A stretch of 64,000 nt of DNA, from assembly GCF_036321535.1 (NCBI RefSeq), contig NC_087436.1:87918001-87982000 (forward strand), written 5' to 3'. The position numbers and the translations under genes were made by a program. This DNA is from Camelus dromedarius (lineage: Eukaryota). Positions 58,916 to 64,000 of this stretch are shown here, one piece after another (the stretch's first letter is position 1; each line of letters begins with the position of its first letter). The notes below the pieces were generated by a model. That model was not told the origin of the DNA, ran no database searches, and worked only from the letters and a program-made list of their open reading frames with translations.

Positions 58916-61691
58916 CATAGCATTTTAATAAAAGTGCTCTCCTGTATAAATCCATCCCTCTAATGTGCATAAATCCTAGGAGTACAGAGAGGGTCCTTTT
59001 GTGATGTTTGTCACTCCAAGTTTAGAAAGATTTTCCTTAAGAGGGAATTTATCTAAATCCGTGTTCTACTTAAGCCTGGAGAGAAATGGGAAAAGAGATT
59101 TTTTTTTTCCCTCCCTGTAAATCATAAGACTCATTTTGGTGACACTTTTTAATATTAATTTAATCATTTGATGACTGTACAAGTAAATAATTTATGTCTC
59201 AAATTCTGCATACTGGGCTTAAATAAAGGCCAGTACTTTGAAAGAAGTTGAAAGTACTTGGTAAGTTCTAATCATTGCTGAGTGTATAGTCATGTTTACC
59301 TTATTGGTTAAAAATGGTGAGCTTGTATTGTGCAACTTGTCATTTATTTGATAAGAAATAGTGCTGCATACATAGATTGATTTTGAGGCACTCATATTGC
59401 CCTGCATAGTGCTCGAGAGCTTGCAGGCACTTAAGTGTTTATTGGTTGCCTGACCACTATAATCCTAGATATTTTCATCAGCTCTACTGGTCTTCATTTT
59501 CCATCTTGTAATAATAATTGTAGCTAAGTTTATTGAATGTTTACTAAGTAATGTGATAAGTACTTTACTTTTAAAATGACAAGATCTTTTAAAATAAAAG
59601 GATGCAATTTTTTGTGTGTGTTTGGAGAATTTTCTGTAACTATCTCCATTGATTACAGTTTTACAGGCTTCTGATCATTTCTTTGTTTTTGTTTTTAAGA
59701 TTGTTTTGAGTGACCATTTTTGATCAAACCTAAGATATTTTGATGCTAGCATTGTTGCATTCTTGATCTTTCCAGGAAATGTCAACATAAAGTTTTTACC
59801 AACTAAATCCTGCTGTTGGATGACAGCAGTTGTAACCTACATCTCTCTTCTAGAACAGCCATACTTCAGAGAGGTTAAAGTGTTGTTGATTTTTTTTTTT
59901 TTTTTAAGGGCATCTGGGAATTGAAGAAGGGGTCATTAGTTTGTTCACTTACCTCAGTGCTGCCTTATTTTTTAGGTTGTAAAATATTCACATGTATGCC
60001 TTGCTGCCTGAATTGATTTCAGCTTCTCAGGATTTCTTGTTCTGTTTTGTTCTCTTTTGTTTTTTGGTTTGTCTGTATTTCATGGTAACATTCAGATGTG
60101 ATGCAATTTAATTCAGTACTAAAGAATACTGGAAAGATAATTTAAATGCAGCTTTCAGTTTTTTTCCTCCATTAAACAATTTAAGATGGATAATACTGTC
60201 TATAATACTAGTTAAAAAAATAGTACTTTGGTGGTTCTATTCATGTGTCTTGGATGTCAGTGAACTCATAACAATGTATTTGCAGAGCGTCCAGCCATTA
60301 GTCTCCTCAGTAAGCAATACACAGAGCACCATATTTTGTTCTTTTGTTGGTGGAACTGTTCCTTTCTAGATCATGTCTGGTTTGGGGGGGTTGATTTGCT
60401 TATTAGTTTACTGTTAGCTGTGTCTTTGTTGCTGTCATTACACCCACCTGTAGTGGTTTCCTCACCTTTCAGATTTGTTATTTTCCATGTGATATGAGAA
60501 TAGAACCCATAACCGTGCTTGTTGAATGGTGGATAAAAATGATAGAAAGTTCTGGGTGAGAGACCAAAGAACTTCCTGTGCATGGAGTGTTATTGCTAGG
60601 ACCTTGTTACGTTGGTTTTTACTGCTTAGAGGACTCTTGCTTCTTTCCTAGTTTTGGGCCGTTTCAGGTAGGTGATGTTTCTGGATAGCAGAAGGTGGTG
60701 TAGCGGGGTGGTATAATTACTTTGTAGATATTTAACTTCCCTTGAATAATGGATCTCTTAAAGTTCTGTCTTATTAAGTCTAACTCAGGTGGATGGAGAA
60801 TAATTAACTAAGTGGATGGAAATAATTCTTTTTTGGATGTCTTGATAGTCTACTTGCGAGAACCCAACACCCAAGCTTGTACCCCAGGATACTTGTATAC
60901 ATTGGTATTTTGTTTGCTGCAAATTCAGCAACCTAATTCTATGAGCAGAAATTAGAGGCTTTACAGAACTGTGAGGCTGTATGTAAAATAGCCACACCTG
61001 CCTGTTATCTAGATATTTTTATTTAAACCAGATCTTCTGGTAATTATTTTCTTGGAGCTAAAATTATCTTAGTAGATGCCCTTTTCTGGTTTTGTGCTGA
61101 TGATAACTTAGCCTGTGTCTTGTAGTTACTATTCCTGGCAATATTGAACCCATAGTATACTTTCGGTAAATACTGGTTAGGGTTTAGTCATACATTTCTT
61201 TATGGTTGTTTCACTTTTTCCTGCTGTAAAACTCATATAGAGTCATAATGTTTTCAGAGCTGGACTGTCCTTGGGAATGATCCAATAGAACGCCTTCATT
61301 TTGTAGACAAGAATGAGATTGTGACTTCTTTAACCTATGGATAGAATTGAATTCTTTTTGATAATCTAGTGTTTTCCCTCTTCCAGCATATGCTTCCCCA
61401 AGTAAAAAATTTAAAAGATAGCATCTTAGATTATTGTGGCCTCTGTAACAGGTCTGCAGAAATTTTATGTCACACTCCAGCAGTAGAAGAAAATGTATCT
61501 GAACCCACAATATGTGTATGTTTGTTGTAAACTGTATACTATATTATATACATAATAAGACATTAACAAAAATAAGGAGCTAAAGACGAAAAATATTTTA
61601 GAACAGTTTAAAGTTATTTTTATGTTTTTGATTCTACTTAAAATATTAATTTAAAAAATAAGATAAGCATGGTTGAATGTCATCACTTAAA

Positions 61692-62965
61692 CTTTTTTTT
61701 TTTTTGAAATAATTATAAACTCATGAGATATTGCAAAAATAGTACAGGGAGTCCGATGTAACCTTCATTGTGTTCCCCGGTTGTAGTATCTTACATAACA
61801 CATGTATTTATAACAACATTAAACCAGGAAACTGACATTAATGCAGTACTGTTAAGTAGCCATAGTCAGATTTCATGGTTTTTAATGCACTCATTCATGT
61901 GTGTGTGTGTGTATAGTTCTATGCAATTTGATAACATTTTGTGCCTAGATTCATTTAACCAGCTCCACAATCAAGATACAGTACTATTCCATCCCTGCCA
62001 AGAAACGCCTTCATGCAGCTCAAGGTTTCCTCCTTCCTCACCCTCCCCATCTCTGTTTACTGGCAACCAGTAATTTGTTCTCCATCTCTATAATTGCATC
62101 ATTTCGAGAATGTAACATAAATGGAATCATGCTGCATGTAACCTTTTGAGATCAACTTCTTTTCATCCAGCCCAATTCCTTGGCGAACCATCCACATTGT
62201 CGTATGTATCAGTACAGTGGTTCATTTCTTTTTATTGCTGAGTTGCGTTCAGTGTATGGATATATCACAGTGCACAGTTTGTTCATTCACTTGTTGAAGG
62301 GCGGATGAGTTGTCTCCAGGTTTTGGCTGTTACAAATAAAGCTGCTGTGCACCTTTGTGTATAGGTTTTTTGTGTGAACATAAGTTTTCATTTCTCTGGT
62401 GTAAATGTAAATGTCCAAGAGTGTAATTGCTGGGTTGTATTATAAGTGATGTTTAGTTTTACAAGAAACTGCCAGACTGTTTTTCAGGGTGGCTGTTTTT
62501 TCCCAACAGCAATGTATGAAAGCTCTAGCTTCTCCATATGCTTGCCAGAATTTGATTATTTTCACTATTTAAAAAAAATTAGTCATTTTTGTGTAGTGAT
62601 ATCTCATTGTGGTTTTAATTTGCCTTTACCTAGTGGACAAATTAACTGTTTCCCTAATGAGCAAATTGAATTTTTTTTTTCATTGTTGAGTTTTGAGGGT
62701 TCTTTATGTATTGTCAGTGTAAGTCTTTTACTAGATAAGTGGTTGGCACAGTTTTTCTTCCCATCAGTAACTTGTCTTCATCCTCTTAACAGGGTCTTTT
62801 ACAGAGCAAAAAAGTTTTAAATTTTCAGGTAGTGTATTTAATCGTTGTTTTTTTCTTTTCTGATTGTACTTTTGGTGTCATGTCTCTGGACTCTTCACCT
62901 GGCCCTAGGTGTCAAAGATTTTTTTTTCCTGTGTTTTCTTCTAAAAGTTTTATAGTGTATGTTTT
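61692..62965 (-). mobile_element. L1 (L1MC/MB-like) 3' portion
   Basis: Poly-T start, then reverse L1 3'UTR/ORF2 motifs (TCCAGGTTTTGGCTGTTACAAATAAAGCTGCTG; AAGAAACTGCCAGACTGTTTTTCAGGGTGGCTG). Confidence 0.85.
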
Positions 62966-64000
62966 ACAAGATAAGCACATCTTTACCTTAACAGGTTTTG
63001 ATAAAGCACTGGTATTGGTAACAGGCAGTTGTTAGCTCGACCATTTTCTTATCGCTTGCTTGTATCTTGCTGTATTAACATTATGCTTAATCTGCATTTC
63101 TTTGCAAAAATCTTAAAAATCCATTCGCGAGTGGTATCATACTTCTCAAGAGATCTGCAGATCTGCTTACTTGGGTCCATGCGGGCCACAGCATGTTGTG
63201 ATCTGCTGCAAGTGAACAGGTGAGGACATCACAAACAACCCCTCTAGGGTGGGAAACAGCTACCTTTCCCTTCAGGGATTTTTTACCCCCTGCGATACTG
63301 TGTGGGGAGTCAGAGTCACAAACAGAAACCCTTCTGATTATTTTAAGCTAGAAGAGGTTTAATACAATGCATTAGGTGCTTACAGAGTTGTTAGAAGGGC
63401 CTAACAGCGGGTTTTAGGGCAGTAGTTCAGAGGCAACCCACCAGGGCACCTCACAGGGCACTCCAGGACCTAAGCTGGAGTCTGGACCTTGTGCCACCCC
63501 TGTTGCTGCTGCATTCACCTCCAGACACTCTGGAAACCACAGGACAGCCCCCTAGCTGCCATCCAGGATTAAGAAGTCAGATCAAGACGCCTCTGCTGCT
63601 GCTGCTTCTGGTCACCCAGGAAGCTGGGGGATGGATGCTGGAATGACGCTGTGGAGAAATCTCATATTTCCACAGCTGTGCTCGCCCCCCTGACTTAAAA
63701 GGCGCCTTTCTAATTGTCTGTGGGTAGACGAAAGTCAAGTGAGCTGAGTAGTGTATGCAGCAGACTCCACGTAAATGCCACAAGACCAAAGCAGCCTGAC
63801 CAAGACCAAGAGAGGGTGATGGTGTCAGTCTCACACAGTGAATATTAGTAAAGCTGAAATTCAGATGTGAGATAACACATATATACAATCTTCCTGGTAT
63901 TTTCTTCTTACTTTATTGGCTTGATCTCCTTTCCTTCGAGGAGTGCATGTACTCCACTTTGAACTTAATACATTTTGCATGTCTAAGTAGTAGGAACATC

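Noticed and set aside
63150..63225. Possible FRYL 5'UTR exon ending at CAG|gtgagg (63219)
   Set aside because: Good donor but no convincing acceptor or other support.

Overview
Mammalian genomic DNA, most likely camelid (three copies of a short tRNA-Ala-derived SINE resembling camelid Vic-1). The left part holds the complete OCIAD1 gene on the minus strand: 8 coding exons totalling 744 nt (247 aa), all GT-AG introns, a poly(A) signal near 513-518 and a CpG-island promoter at about 22.5-23.4 kb. A second CpG island at about 52.4-54.1 kb is probably the promoter and non-coding first exon of FRYL on the plus strand; this rests on recalled synteny, as no FRYL coding exon is visible. Much of the rest is L1, L2, MIR, MaLR/ERVL LTRs and hAT/Tigger DNA-transposon relics, plus a tailless 5S rRNA retropseudogene. 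The main unexpected signal lies between the two genes: the non-repetitive minus-strand sequence from about 50.9 to 40.25 kb reads as a heavily decayed, intron-containing multi-C2H2 zinc-finger gene. It has about 8 finger relics, several just downstream of plausible splice acceptors, and a possible homeodomain start. L2, MIR and MaLR elements interrupt it, so it is a candidate ancient unitary pseudogene. Repeat family names come from recalled consensus sequences and their boundaries are approximate; no database searches were run.
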